From: Octopus sinensis
Taxonomy: Eukaryota
Length of the DNA stretch: 64,000 bases
Assembly: GCF_006345805.1 (NCBI RefSeq)
Contig: NC_043006.1
Span: 12,028,001-12,092,000, forward strand
Reading direction: 5' to 3'
Shown here: in pieces, positions 37,835 through 52,072 of the stretch
Position numbering within the stretch: the first letter of the stretch is position 1
Layout: each line of letters begins with the position of its first letter
The notes under the pieces: model-generated
Told to the model about the DNA's origin: nothing
The model's database searches: none
The model's input: the letters and a program-made list of their open reading frames with translations, nothing else
Program-made: the position numbers and the translations under genes

Positions 37835-38230
37835 ATTAAATTTTATTTCAAGATGTCTTGCCAATTAAGAAAGAGCCGGTTTCTAAGCTAGATCCAAGGC
37901 TCATTCACTGGCATTTCAACATCAACAACGAGGTATTTTTGTTTGTTTGTTTATATGTATATGTACAAATTTTTATGTTTTGTTTTATGTACGTATTTTC
38001 ATGCATAGAGCTACATATCTACATATATATATTTAAATGATAGACTTCTGGGAAGTTTTGTAGATTTTTACAGTTCCAGTGATGGATTGTATATGTAGCC
38101 TTCGGATTAGCTTTCTCCTTTCTGGTTTTGTGAAGCCTAATTTCTCAAGATTGTTATTTAGGTAGTATGTTACATATCATAGGGCCCCAATAATTACAGG
38201 TATAAACCTAAACTTCTGACGAGGTTAGAA
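37835..38230 (-). mobile_element. RLE-type LINE 3' end (degenerate), microsatellite in UTR
   Basis: Reverse complement gives FIPVIIGA, then after a frameshift LEKLGF..LIRRLHIQSITGTVKI; ends in aataat. Confidence 0.65.
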
Positions 38231-38266
38231 TATATATGTATGTATGTGTGCATGTATGAATGCATG

Positions 38267-38297
<31 letters not shown>

Positions 38298-38360
38298 ACA
38301 GATGAGTGACCACCTATCTCAACAACAAAATAGTTATAATGTCTTGTTGTTGATATAGGT

Positions 38361-38460
38361 TCTCTTTCTTTCCTGATGAGAAGATTATATTATTTTACAC
38401 AGTTTATTCCTTTGGAATAAAACCAATGTTGTCTTCGAAACATATGTCGAAAGTAAAAGA
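38361..38460 (+). ncRNA. Canonical type I hammerhead ribozyme motif (HH-B), GUC site after 38448
   Basis: Stem I CUUUC 38368-72 / GAAAG 38449-53; CUGAUGA 38373-79; stem II GAAGAU / GUCUUC; GAAA 38437-40; palindromic stem III ACAUAUGU; C17. Confidence 0.8.
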
Positions 38461-40371
38461 ATTTGAATAACACCTGCGTTCAACTCCATTTATTTACTTA
38501 TACTACACAAATTACTGCACATTAACCCGGAGTTTCTACTTTTGAATAGGTCGCAACATCCTTGTTGCTAGCGGGAATTTTGCTACATGAATTTTCCATG
38601 TTAGAATTACAATAACAAGGGCTCTAACAAGTAGGGCCTCATGCCGGAGGTAGACGCCAAATAGCGCTAAGAACTACAGCTATTTGCTCCATTAGCACGT
38701 ATTGAAAGCGAGGAAAGTGAACAAATAGGATTTATAAAAAAGGTTTAGCAATATATCGATTTCGGGTTTAGAAAAATAAAAACTCCTGACCCTCTTCAAT
38801 ATGGTGCGACCAAATGCACATAGAAATTAACATTTACACATACTAGTACGAATACCACGTATCCATAGTCATATCCACAAATGTCTAGAGGAGAATAAAT
38901 TAGATTTAGCTTGTATATAAATGTAATTCTATCTTCAGCTTGTGGCCCTACCTGTTAGAGCCATTATTATTGTAATTACATGTATAAATATAATTATATA
39001 TACCTTTAATATATATACATCTCTGTTCTGTTTATTTCTGTGTATGCGTGTGTATGTGTATTTATGCGTGCGTGCATTTGTATGAGTGTATATAATATTC
39101 TATTAGAATCATATTTTGTTTCATAAAACCTAGAGTTTTTCACATAAACAAAATAATCACTCCAGCAAAAAATGTTAAGTCTCCAGCGTAGAAGTCGTAA
39201 ATTTATGCTTCTTTTCCTTCTTATTTATTTAGGTTTGTCCAACACGTGACCGATGAATGTTTGACATTTTGCTCTGGAATTCAAGTATGGTTGACTAAGA
39301 GTTTGTTACTTTTTCAATAGACACAAGTGAAGTACTTTGGTCAAATGAAAGGGTTCTGGGAAATAATGTCAGTAGTGTCAGTCCAACATCTTAGTGTTAA
39401 TAATGGCTTTCTTTCATTGTGCATCGTGTATCTCGACAATTTCTTTCTAAGTGTATTCTGTTAACCTACTATATGTATTAGATAGGAAATCAAATTAGTC
39501 ATACTTCAAATGGCATCATTATTCGAACGATCTCGCCATGGCGAAAAAGAATGTATGGTTTCGTATCTCAAACTGTTTGCATTTTCGTTTCATATTTCCG
39601 GTGTGGTTAAAATATTTACCTATCAAACAATTACCTTTTCATAAAATGAGAGGCCTTAAGTTAGAAATATTTATTATAACGTTTGTTAGGGTAGACGAAC
39701 CGTTTGTGTTAAATTGGCGGTGGTAGTATCAGCTGTAATACATTGTTTTTACGTCTACCTCCAAATGTCTGTGAGTTGAGTTTCTCTTTTTTCTGTCCAG
39801 AGGTCTATAAAATCTAGCGATGTACCGGGACTCGATTGTATCAAATATACCTCGTTTGTATCAAAGAACATCATTATATGAACATCATTGAATAATATCA
39901 CTGAGTTACTGCGTTTGTTGCTGTTAATAACAATAATGTTTCCGAAATTTTTACAGAAGACTGTTTTGATGGAGAGAGTACAAAGATTGCATCAATCCCA
40001 GGAGGGAAAAAAATATTCATTCTATATTTGTATAACTGTTCCCGAACGCCTGTTCAGTTACATCATCAACGTCAACAATGAATGGCATACCAATTGTATA
40101 CATTTTACAGCGCCCTCTGTACATAAAACCATTCATACAGTTGAGCAAATGTAGTTTTATGGTAACATAAGAAACTGGACAATTCTTCATAACATTTCAT
40201 GAGTAGTCAACACAGGTTTTAATTGTTCGCTTTGCAACCACGACCCCTCAGATTCAGTGCCACTATATGACATTTTAGAGAAAATTTATCTTTCGTTAGC
40301 ACTCAGCCAACCCATTTATTTGGAGTGAAACTAGACTGGCAGAAATGCTGCATCGATTCTACTAATATTGT

Positions 40372-40758
40372 GGAGGCGCAATGGCCCAGTGGTTAGGGCA
40401 GCGGACTCGCGGTCATAGGATCGCGGTTTCGCTTCCCAGCCCGGGCGTTGTGAGTGTTTATTGAGCGAAAACACCTAAAAGCTCCACGAGTCTCCGGCAG
40501 GGGATGGTGGTGATCCCTGCTGTACTCTTTCACCACAACTTTCTCTCACTCTTACTTCCTGTTTCTGTTGTACCTGTATTTCAAAGGGCCGGCCTTGTCA
40601 CTCTCTGTGTCACGCTGAATATCCCCGAGAACTAGGTTAAGGGTACATGTGTCTGTGGAGTGCTCAGCCACTTACACGTTAATTTCACGAGCAGGCTGTT
40701 CCGTTGATTCGGATCAAGCGGAACCCTCGTCGTCGTAACCGACGGAGTGCTTCCATCC
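40372..40758 (+). mobile_element. SINE family C
   Basis: Full copy, ggaggcgcaatggcccagtgg to gacggagtgcttccatcc. Confidence 0.93.
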
Positions 40759-41340
40759 CATCCACTACAAATATTACAATAGCTTAGACATGCCAAACGC
40801 TTACTCAAGCTTATTTTGCTGGAGATCTACGATTAAGATTACACGCATTGATGGAATACTCTGCCACAACAGTTCAATGAGCACGTGGTTCTACTACTCA
40901 AGTAAACAAGAGATGATGGGTATCATTTATTATATTTTCGTCATCGTACTGCGCCGCGCTGCGCTAATTAGTGGCTCTCCATGAATAAAATACGGAGTAG
41001 AAGCGCTAAGCAGTAATGTATATTAAAACAAACTTGTTACTAGCTTAAATATGCTAAAGGTATATTCAAACCCCTAAGAAAAACATTTACTGCCTTTAGT
41101 CAAGGAGAAAATTCCTCACAGAAGACACATCGAATGAGTTCAAAGCGTGTTCTAAGCATACATAGTTGTATGTATTTCGGAGTAGTTATCTCCTCTTCAG
41201 CATTACATACTGGACGGAAAAGCTACGATCTGACAAGAGATGATGGATGATCCTTACTATGTTCCCGTCATCACACTGTGACAAGTTTGTATGTATGTAT
41301 ATATATGTATATGCATGTGTATATATATATGTATATATAT

Positions 41341-41449
<109 letters not shown>

Positions 41450-41513
41450 TATATATATATATATATATATGTATGGATGTGTATGTATGTATAGGTATAT
41501 TACTCATAACATT

Positions 41514-41700
41514 AGGCGGTAAGCTGGTAGAATCGATAGCACACAGAGAATAATGCTTAGCGACATTCCATCTTTTGTAAGGTCTGAGTTCAAATTCGAC
41601 CGTGTTGACTTTATTTTTCATTTCTTCCGGGGGTGGTCGATAAAATAGGTGCCAGTTGAGCACTGGGTTCGTTGTAATCGCTTTAATCCCTCCCCGGAAT
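41514..41700 (+). mobile_element. SINE family B (degenerate)
   Basis: aggcggtaagctggtagaatcg and ctgagttcaaattcgacc. Confidence 0.7.
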
Positions 41701-41754
41701 TTTTGAAACAAAATTTTTTGAAACAAATTTTTGAAACAAATTTTTGAAACAAAT
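41700..41754. repeat. Four copies of a ~13-bp unit ttttgaaacaaat
   Basis: Direct tandem. Confidence 0.9.
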
Positions 41755-42416
41755 ATTCCTCCTAACATTTTTGTAAAGCAAAGTACCACATGGTGCGTAT
41801 ATAATTCCAAACCCCTTTCTTCACTTTTAGCTTTTATTAATCGGCCACAACGAGCCTTTGATATGAGAAAGACGCCTATGTTTGTCTTTGAATAAAACAT
41901 ACTTAACTCGGAATAAAACTTATCTGACTATAACATATATTTGGAACAGCATAAGTGTCTGTTGTACGTTAGAGGAAATGTATTTTTTCGTGTTAGATGT
42001 ATATGTTTCAGAATTACAATTCGATATGTCAACAATTATCTCTCAATCAGTGGAATAGTATAAGTAATCTTTGCATTTACAATGAGCATGATAAATCATG
42101 TAAAAAGAAGATTCATTGGCGTTTTACTAAAAATTCTTAGTCTCTAATCTAGGTTCCAAATATGTTTGAGTGGCATTGATAGCACCGGTCTCTGTATTTG
42201 CAATATCTAAATCGCGGATAATGAGATATGATTGATTTTATAGAATATTAAGAAAATATATTCAAACAATGTGTCAATAATTATTTCTATAAGTCTTTAG
42301 CTGTCCAATTGATTCTGAACATATTCTATGAACTACTGAATACATTAACGATGATATCAATAAAATTATTTTGACAAGGTTAATTTTTGATAAGGTCATT
42401 CTTGACAAGTTTGTAG

Positions 42417-42506
42417 TTCAAAAGTATAATCGATGGTCAAATATTTGATATGACCCGCACTACCGATATCGACAGAATTTCAAACGTGGAGGACTATGAA
42501 CTGTGA
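42417..42506 (+). CDS. Candidate terminal exon (FKSIIDGQIFDMTRTTDIDRISNVEDYEL*)
   Basis: tttgtag acceptor, open frame to TGA, followed by about 1 kb of repeat-free AT-rich sequence that could be a 3' UTR. Confidence 0.2.
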   Translation, partial: FKSIIDGQIFDMTRTTDIDRISNVEDYEL

Positions 42507-43737
42507 AGCATTGAGAAGCTGTTTACCAGTAAGGTCCCATATCTTTTTTTTATTCATCACCGAGCCATAAACTTTTCAATCGACATTGCTATTTTTACTG
42601 TATCATATGCTTTATTCTCTTCTCATTCTCTTGGCTGTTCCACTCATAACGATTTACAATAATAAATGATCCAAATGTATGAAATTATATCCTAGGCAAG
42701 TTGTTCATCTTTGAATAGCAAATACTACAACAGAAACAATTGGTGATTCATTAGTAATGTTAATAATGTGTTGAAAACAATTTCCGGTAAGATCTGATAA
42801 CAACCTCTTCTCTGGGATGTATCTGAAATCGATATTTCGAAGCAAAAATACTCGTAAGATAATGTAATTGTAGAGCTGGCTGGAAACACATGTGCCAAGG
42901 AAATAGCAATTAATTGTTAGAAATATATTTCAATATCATGTGACTTTATAAAATCAAAGTTTCTCCTATCTTTTTGACATGAATTGTGGGAACACAAGAG
43001 ATTGAACAAATGCTATATCCGGTATTGAAAAGAACAGAAAAAAGAACGTTCAATTGGATTAAAGCATCTGATATTTTGATAAGTGTTCATTCTGATACAA
43101 AAAGGATCAAATCGCAGAAATCTCATAAAACAAATAGGATTTATTTTGAGATGATTGATACGATAGCGAAAGCAAAATTGAGTTTAAATGTATATATACA
43201 GTGCAAAATTTAAGTATGACAATAAATATCTCTTTCCAATCAATATAACAAAACTAAAACATTATCGTTTGTAAAGATGTAGAGCTTAATAACATAAGAG
43301 GCAAAAGAATTAAAAACTTTGGTTAAATACGATAAACTTCAGTGTCAGCTTCTGATAAAACAACAGTTAAAGAAAGCGTTGTCACATTGACGTCTTTATT
43401 ACCAATATTACATAAGTCCCACCAGGAACTTGGCTACGGATACGAGAGTTAAACCCAAATTGCAGTTTCGATACCAGAAAGGGTCTATTTATTTCCAATG
43501 ATATTTGATAATGAATTAGACAAAGGCTTTGATTCGTACAGAATCTCCTTTCTCCGTTTATACAAAACAAGATAAAGTTTATACATAAAAACTACATCAT
43601 CTTTCTCCATGTTTGTTTTATACGTACATTTTAGCCATAATGAAGCAAGTCACAATAACATATGTGTTCGAATGTGTGAGTGGGCATGTGTATACATACA
43701 CAGACACACACACACATACACACACACAGATATATAT

Positions 43738-43967
43738 ATTTCTTTTACTACCCACAAGGGGCTAAACATAGAGGGGGCACAGAAGGACGGACAATGGGAT
43801 TAAGTCGATTACATCGACCCCAGTGCGAAAATGATACTTTATTTATCGACCCCGAAAGGATGAAAGCAAAATCGACCTCGGCGGAACTTGAACTCGAAAC
43901 GTAACGATAGACGAAATACGGCTACGCATTTCGCCCGGCGCGCTAACGTTTCCGCCAGCTCGCAGCC

Positions 43968-43968
<1 letters not shown>
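43738..43968 (-). mobile_element. SINE family B
   Basis: Full copy in reverse orientation. Confidence 0.88.
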
Positions 43969-44010
<42 letters not shown>

Positions 44011-44601
44011 CATAATATATATATATATATATATAATATATATATGTACATACATATATACACATATGTATATGCGTTTATTACAGGTTCAAAACAATAC
44101 ATTTACACGTGTCTTGATATTTCGTTATATGAAATATAATGACATGTGTTAAAATAGATGCCTTTTAATCGAAACATTCTCAAATATTTAACTATCAGGT
44201 GAGTTTCCATCCATATTTGCCCAATAATCATATTTTCCAATCATATTTACCTAATAATATTTACCTAATAACATTATACAGCTCAGCTTGTATTCAGAGC
44301 CAATTTTCTCAACAGGAAGAGCAAAAGAGTATCATATTTCACTGTGAACGAGTGACGCTTTGCATTCTGGTTAATCATTTTGCAATAAATTCGAGATTGC
44401 TATCCTTCTGATCTTGCAAAGAAGAAATACATCTTTAAATGGCTTCATATACTGAAAATTGCTGAATAATATGCTTTACACAGTAGAGCTTACGACATAC
44501 CGGTTTAATATGGCGTTTAATGGTAACACTTTCGAGGAAGCATTGGGAAAAGCTGCTACTACTACCACTACTTCTGTTGCTGCTACTACTACAACAACAA
44601 C

Positions 44602-44660
<59 letters not shown>

Positions 44661-44674
44661 TTAATAAAATAGCT

Positions 44675-45077
44675 TCAAATTTTGCCACATGGGCAATAAT
44701 TTGTGCGGGGGAGTGGATGAGTTGATATTATCGACTCCAGTGTTCAACTAGTACTTAGTTTATCGACCCCGAAAGGATGAAAAGTAAAATCGACCTCAGC
44801 GAAATTTGTACTCAGAACGTAGACATGGGCGGAATACCTATTTCTATTTCTTTACTACCCACAAGAGGCTAAACACAGAGGGGACAAACAAGGACAGACA
44901 AACGGATTAAGTCGATTATATCAACCCCAGTGCGTAACTGGTACTTAATTTATCGACCCTGAAAGGATGAAAGGCAAAGTCGACTTCGGCGGAATTTGAA
45001 CTCAGAATGTAAAGACAGACGGAATACTGCTAAGCAATTTGTTCGGCGTGTTAACGATTCTGCCCGCTTGCAGCCTT
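44675..45077 (-). mobile_element. SINE family B with internal unit duplication
   Basis: atcgacccc/tgaaaggatgaaa..aatttg(a/t)actcagaa occurs twice. Confidence 0.88.
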
Positions 45078-45107
45078 AATTTTGATGATGATCATGATGA
45101 TGATAAC

Positions 45108-45179
<72 letters not shown>

Positions 45180-45286
45180 GATGTGCATCAAACATATATA
45201 CACACGCATACATGCATACATACATACAGACAGACAGACAGACCTACACAAACATACTACATACATACGTATACATACATACATAT

Positions 45287-45331
<45 letters not shown>

Positions 45332-46050
45332 CATATATATATATTATATACCGACAGAGAAAAAGGCAGACATATATACATACGGTCATATATACACCAT
45401 ACATATATACTTACAGACAGACTGATACATGCATACACACATACATACATATATGTATGTATATATATATATATATACATACATAAATATGTACATGTAA
45501 GTATGTATGTATGTATGTATATATATATGTGTGTACATTTCTATATTCATGCTGCTCAAATTAGTAATCATGTTCTTCTCTAATTAATTGTCATTTCCTT
45601 ATTTTCATTGGTTCAATCATTGGATTGCGGCCATGATGAAGCTCCGCCTTCAAATGATGTAGTCGATTGTTGCAGTTTGATGTTCGATATACTGATCTAT
45701 GAGTATCGAACCGCCTATTTGTGTTTTGTTTTTGACCCAAATTAGTGATGAAAACCATTAGGTTGTGACTGAATCGATTTCGAGTTGCGGCAAACAGAAC
45801 GGAAGACAAATAGGAACACACGAACGCCCACACACATGTTTGAATAATTTCAACCTAGCCCATCGTACACATACATACATACATATATACATATATACAT
45901 ACATACATACATACATACACATATATATATATAGGTGTGTGTGTGTGTGTATGTGTGTGTGAGATTAGAGGGATATATTGCCTGGGCGGATACCGTGGTA
46001 GCTCTTAGTTGTGATCTAGGTTACGGCTGACTGCATCGATTAGTACTTAC

Positions 46051-46133
46051 CATCTATGACTATTAGGAATTGCCACTCTCACTTTAAATTCCTTCGGTGG
46101 GTAATTCCGTGTTCGCCTCACTGGATCTCGAGG
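46051..46133 (-). CDS. Candidate 83-bp exon (PRDPVRRTRNYPPKEFKVRVAIPNSHR)
   Basis: Consensus donor ATG|gtaagtac, acceptor gttgctaaatag, one open frame. Confidence 0.27.
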
Positions 46134-46417
46134 CTATTTAGCAACAGGTTTACAAAAAGATCACGTTTCAGATTCAAAACAACCTTCCCTCACTACCATT
46201 GAACTCTTACCAATAAGGAACTAACCTGAACTCAGTTCGCTTCGAGCCAAGGTAGTAGAATGAACTTGAACGAATCTGCACAGAAAATTATGCCCGGTTG
46301 CATATGCAACTGCTCATACTCTATGCAGTGGAAACATCTGTAGGTCGTCAAAAAAGTAAAGATATGCTGTATGACATTATAAATTAAAAGGAAATACATT
46401 TTGAAGTTGAACCATAT

Positions 46418-46635
46418 ATTTCTTTACTACCCACAAGGGGCTAAACATAGAGGGGAGAAACAAGGACAGACAAAGAGATTAAGTCGATTATATCGACTCC
46501 AGTGCGAAACTGGTACTTTATTTATTGACCTCGAAAGGATGAAAGGCAAAGTTGACCTCGGTGTAATTTTGAACAGACGAAATACCGCTAAGCATTTCGC
46601 CCAGTGCGCTAACGTTTCTGCCAGCTCACCGCCCT
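46418..46635 (-). mobile_element. SINE family B
   Basis: Reverse copy with an internal deletion. Confidence 0.82.
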
Positions 46636-46685
46636 TTGATGTTGAACCATAGTCACCATAATCTCTATTGTCTTGTGTGCGTGTG

Positions 46686-46779
<94 letters not shown>

Positions 46780-46972
46780 ACGATAGATTCTCGCAACACT
46801 TTCCATCAAATTTCACTTATAAGGCTTTGGTCAGCAATATAATGCACTCACCCAGCTTCACCTGCAGTGGGATCGAAACTAAATGCATACAATTCCACAG
46901 CAACCTCCTTAAATACACAATCTTACCAGCACACTTATTTTTAACTTTCTTGAGAATATATCAAAATTATGA

Positions 46973-47405
46973 GGTGCAGGAGTGGCCGTGTGGTAACAAG
47001 CTTGCTTCGCAACTACATGGTTCTGGGTTCAGTCCCACTGCGTGGCACCTTGGGCAAGTGTCTTCTACTTCAGCCTCGGCTCGACCAAAGCCTACAGAGT
47101 GTATTTGGTAGATGGAAACTGAAAGATGCCCGTCGTATACATAAATACATACATATATTATATATATATATATGTGTGTGTGTGTGTTGTGTGTGTGTTG
47201 TGTGTGTGTGTGTGTGTGTGTATGTGTGTGTTTGTCCATCCTCCATCGCTTCACAACCAATGTTGGCGTATTTACGTCCCCGTAACTTAGCGATAGAATA
47301 AGTTCTAGGCTTACAATGAATGTCTTCAGATCAACTTATTTGACTAAAGGGGGGGGGGGGTGCTCCATCATGGGCGCAGTCAAAATAACTGAAACTGGTA
47401 AGAGA
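46973..47405 (+). mobile_element. SINE family A
   Basis: ggtgcaggagtggccgtgtggtaac...; more diverged than the other copies. Confidence 0.85.
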
Positions 47406-47915
47406 ATAAAAAAAAAACTAAAAGAAATAATTGAAACCAATTATTATTACCTCATTCCACCAAAAACTGCAGCCTATGGTGTTAAAATAGGTTATCAATA
47501 TATATTTACATTTCTGCCTTGGCATCTCCATATTTAACTCCGCTCACTTCCACGTTTGCGCCACGCTAATCTCAATGCCGTGTTCTACCTATCATATTTT
47601 CAATGCTATGAAAATAGAAATGTGTGTGGCCCATTTCCCCATTTGTGAAGATACGTGTATTGTTATGAATATTAGCCAACGTTAAAGAATAGGATTCTGT
47701 ATGATATATATATTATATATATATACATGTATGTATATATATATTACACATGTGTGTATATATATACATATATACATATTTATATATATGTGTATATATA
47801 TATACATATATACATATATATATGGGTGTTGTTATATATATATACATATATATATATATAGATATATAATATAATACATATATACATATACATATATATA
47901 TAGTATGTATGTATG

Positions 47916-47982
<67 letters not shown>

Positions 47983-48201
47983 ATGTATGTATGTATGTAT
48001 GTATGTCTGTATGTGAATGTATACTTCGTACTTTATTCATCGGAAATAACAATATACCAGGTTTCGACTGAAATACGCTTTAGTACATTAAATATAGAAT
48101 CATTGAAAACTAGTAACATAAAGTGCTAAAACAAATTACGGTCGGTTTTAATTAACATTCAGTAGATCTATATACAGTGTAGGCGTTTCTCCGAATACAT
48201 G

Positions 48202-48258
<57 letters not shown>

Positions 48259-49015
48259 CCTGTATTTTTACAGAGAATAGATTCTGACGTTATATAAGAC
48301 CAGTATATTCTATTTCAAAAACCTATTATTGGAATAAATCGAAGATCAAAGAGCAAGAACACCAAAGCGAATGGATAAAAAAGAATTTAATATTTTTTTT
48401 TTTATTAGAAGATGAACCGATTCTTATTAAGCTAGGCCCCATTCGTTCATGAACAGTTGTGCATTTTCATAAGATAGAAAGCAGTTTGCTGACTGTGCAT
48501 ATGCATACGGAATCATGCAACTTCAAAACGATGAAATTTATCTATGTTCTTTTGTTTCTATCTGAAATATTGATTTTTAACATAGACACAGTCCTCAGTC
48601 TTGGGAAGAGAGAGATATAGATGATATTACTGAGCTCGGTCATAGTTTTGTTTTATCGACCAGAGACGGATAGAAGCCGAAGTTGACGTAAGCAGTATTC
48701 TAAATCAAGAATTAAAGAGGTATCAGTAAATACCAGAATACACTGCGTCCACTGCTGTAGCAAACCTGTCAAGCATTACAACACTTTTTTTGTATGTTTA
48801 AGATACCTTTTCATAAGAATTCATCACGAATGTTCATCATGATGTGTGGCCTGTTATATTATAATTTTCAGAAAACAGCTAAACTCATCGTGTTCTGAAG
48901 CTTTCTGAAAGCGATCTATACGTACTGAATTAGAAATTTAATAAAAATATCAAACCCTAATGAATATCATCGTCTAAGTTGGACAATGTTCAATATGTAT
49001 ATATATATATATATA

Positions 49016-50125
49016 ACCCCCCAACCCGACTCGTTCCCATGCTCCCGCCCATACTGCCGTATTTGCCCTTACCAATCCAACACCACCCTCCTCATCGGCA
49101 TCCATCATCAACACTACCACATCACCGACTCCATCACCTGCACTTCTACCAATATCATCTATTGTATCTCCTGCTCTCTCTTCCCGTCTCTATACACCGG
49201 GCAAACGGGTCACCGTTTGGCTGGCCGGTTCGCGGAAAACCTCCAAGACATCCGACTCGGCAATGACACCCCGCTCTCGCGCCATTTCCGCTCTACCGGT
49301 CTTTCTTTGCAACACCCGTCCGTGTTCGGATTGTCCTTGCACAGAGGCCATCCGGACTCCCGTTTGCGCCGTGAACAGGACTAAGCTTGTCTCTTCGCTC
49401 CTTTGCGCCACGTGTCTCAACTCTCCTACCCTCGCCTCTCTCCCCCTCACACCTACTTCCATCCACCCACCTTTCCTCTCTTGCTCCGAATTCTACTTCT
49501 CTTCACTACTACGCACTTCCTCCTTCCTTCCTTCATTATCACACCTCGCTCGTAAGTCTACCCCACCCTTACACATTCCACCCCAACTTCTTTATACTTC
49601 CTCATCCCACCCCACCCCATCCCTTACACCAACACCCACATACCTCCACCTCTACCCCCACCCTCAGCCTAACCCACACCTTACCCTTGCTTTCCACACT
49701 CTCGCCTCCACGAACTCCCAACACCATCACACCACACCACATACCACTGCACCTTACACCACCATACCACACAACACACCACCACGCACACACCAGTACT
49801 GAACACTTCCCAGACCCACATTTTCACATCTACACATACACACACGCACACGTCAAGATCACCAGTCCTCTTCCACACGAACATACACACTTTCTTATAC
49901 ACACTCATGCGCACCTTCGTTTTGGGATCACCACAACTATATTATCTCTCCTTCTCCCTAACTCTCCTGTGTGAGTCTTCTGTCCGGCATCCGCCATGAT
50001 AGATCGCTAGCCACTATACATTCTTTATTTTCTCTCCTTGTTTCTTTCTGTGTTCCTTTCTATGGAAGAGCGTAGGTTCGAAACGCTAAAGACTTTTTCA
50101 CTTCCCGAGTGTCTTTACTTTTGGG
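49016..50125 (+). mobile_element. Penelope-like element fragment: GIY-YIG endonuclease pseudo-ORF plus terminal region
   Basis: PCSRPYCRICP..ITCTSTNIIYCISC..LYTGQTGHRLAGRFAENLQDI..LSRHF..RLRREQ matches the C..C/IY.I.C/Y.GQT..L..RF.EH pattern; stop at 49384, C-rich spacer, hammerhead-like motif at about 50056-50093. Confidence 0.9.
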
Positions 50126-50141
50126 GAATTCTCCCCCCCCC

Positions 50142-50175
<34 letters not shown>

Positions 50176-50432
50176 CTGTATGTATAAGTATATGTAGATA
50201 TATGTGTGTATAATATATATATATATAAAGTGGTGACCCCAAAACGAAGGTGCGCATGAGTGTGTATAAGTAAGTTCGTATGTTCGTGTGGAAGAGGGCT
50301 GGTTATCTTGACGTATGCGTGTGTGTATATGTATATATGTATATATGTATATGAATATACACACATACATTATACATATATACATATTTATATATAATTA
50401 TATATACATATTTATATATACATACATACATG

Positions 50433-50485
<53 letters not shown>

Positions 50486-51422
50486 CACACAATTTGATGT
50501 GGTTTATTATTGTGGCTCTGAGTATTAAAACATTCTTTTGCCAGAACTTTTAATAGATATATTTCAAAACATAGAGTGAAAAACTACCTTAGAATTGTTT
50601 TCATATTTTAAAGAGAAATTACACAGAAATGGAATACCAGAAGACTTTTAGTTCAGTATTCGCTACACATACACGTACATAAACACGCAGAGACTAACAA
50701 CATACATACTTGATGGTGGCATCTCCATTTCGTTCAATGATATTGGTTGACTATTCTCTTAACCCTGAACAGTACAGATGTGGTTCAGAAGCCTTCAATG
50801 GACTTGCACGCTTTTGGAAAAAATGTTGGCAAAGATGGTCACCTCTGACAGCATGTGTTCAGAGAGCTTGCCAATCATACACGTCTTCACTCTCTCGTGA
50901 AATTTTTTCTCATTTAGTGTTTTGCTTTTTGCGTTTAGGGCCAACTTTAGTATGAGACATATAATGGCGATGTTAAATATCAAACGATGTTAGTGCATGA
51001 AGCTTTGTGAAGAGAGGAAAGGTTTTGCATAGAGTCACACTCATTCCCCAAGGACAGTATGGATTTACCCGGCGAGAAGATATAGTCTACATTATTGAAT
51101 GCACATGAAGTCGCAAATGCGATATCAGTGTTTTAGTTTTCTTACAAAGACGTTTAAACCAAAAGATTAGGGTCTCTCACTCACAATTGCTGGGTAGCCA
51201 ATGATCCTAGTGAATTTATCCAAACATTGACAGGTTTTGTTTTCGTCCTGCAGGTTTCCGGCAAATGATCACCATCTTTACCAACGTACATACACACACA
51301 CTCTTACATTTATATATACATATATTTATATAAATGTTTGCGTAAGAAGCTCTTGATACACGTGCCATGCGTATGCTCCGACTAGCATGTGTGTGTCGTT
51401 TATGTATATGTGCGTGTATATA

Positions 51423-51756
51423 AGGGTAAAGACCCCCTTCGGTCATGTGTGACCATGTGTTTTGCACCTAGAGAGTTACCCTCTGAGGCACAAGTCTGGG
51501 CAAGGTTGTTTTTATGGAAGACCAGCAGTCGCCCATGCATACCGGCCTCCCCTCTCCACGCCACCAGTGTTATCCAAGGGAAAGACAAAGGTCGATACAG
51601 CTTGGCACCAGTGACGTCGCAACTCATTTCTACAGCTGAGTGAACTGGAGCAACGTGAAATAAAGTGCTTTGCTCAAGAACACAACACGCAGCCCGGTCC
51701 GGGATTCGAACTCACAACCTCACGATCGTAAGCTCGACGCTCTAACCACTGAGCCA

Positions 51757-51757
<1 letters not shown>
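51423..51757 (-). mobile_element. SINE family E
   Basis: Near-identical to 25182-25513. Confidence 0.92.
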
Positions 51758-51789
<32 letters not shown>

Positions 51790-51791
<2 letters not shown>

Positions 51792-52072
51792 AAATAAGCA
51801 ACAAGTATATCCGATGCAGAGTGGTACAATTGTTTCATGCTACTTCATTTTATTAAACACTGTAAGTATTACATCAGTTTTAAAAAGTCTAGCAAGCGGA
51901 CAATGCACATTTTTAACTCGTCCTGCATGAAACAATTGTACCACTCTACCTCGGATATATTTGTTGCTTATTTTGGCTATAATCACCACATTGATTTATA
52001 TGGATAATACCATACAAAATTCTGGTGCCTTTGACTTAAGTACCATATTCATCTGAATCGAAATTTTGCTGA
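51790..52072. mobile_element. TA-embedded hairpin-plus-tail element, long form
   Basis: 51-bp inverted repeats (51790-51840 and 51925-51975, 3 mismatches), 84-bp spacer, then the same tail as 36880-36977. Confidence 0.75.

Noticed and set aside
37870-37915. Minus-strand gtgaatgagcc..tagaaaccgg and the ctgactgaag..cttcgaa motif near 1000-1025 as hammerheads
   Set aside because: Core and stems cannot be fitted without several mismatches.
50710-50960. VQMWFR motif as a mariner transposase fragment
   Set aside because: The following residues do not continue the WF.RF..G...L.D..RSGRP pattern.
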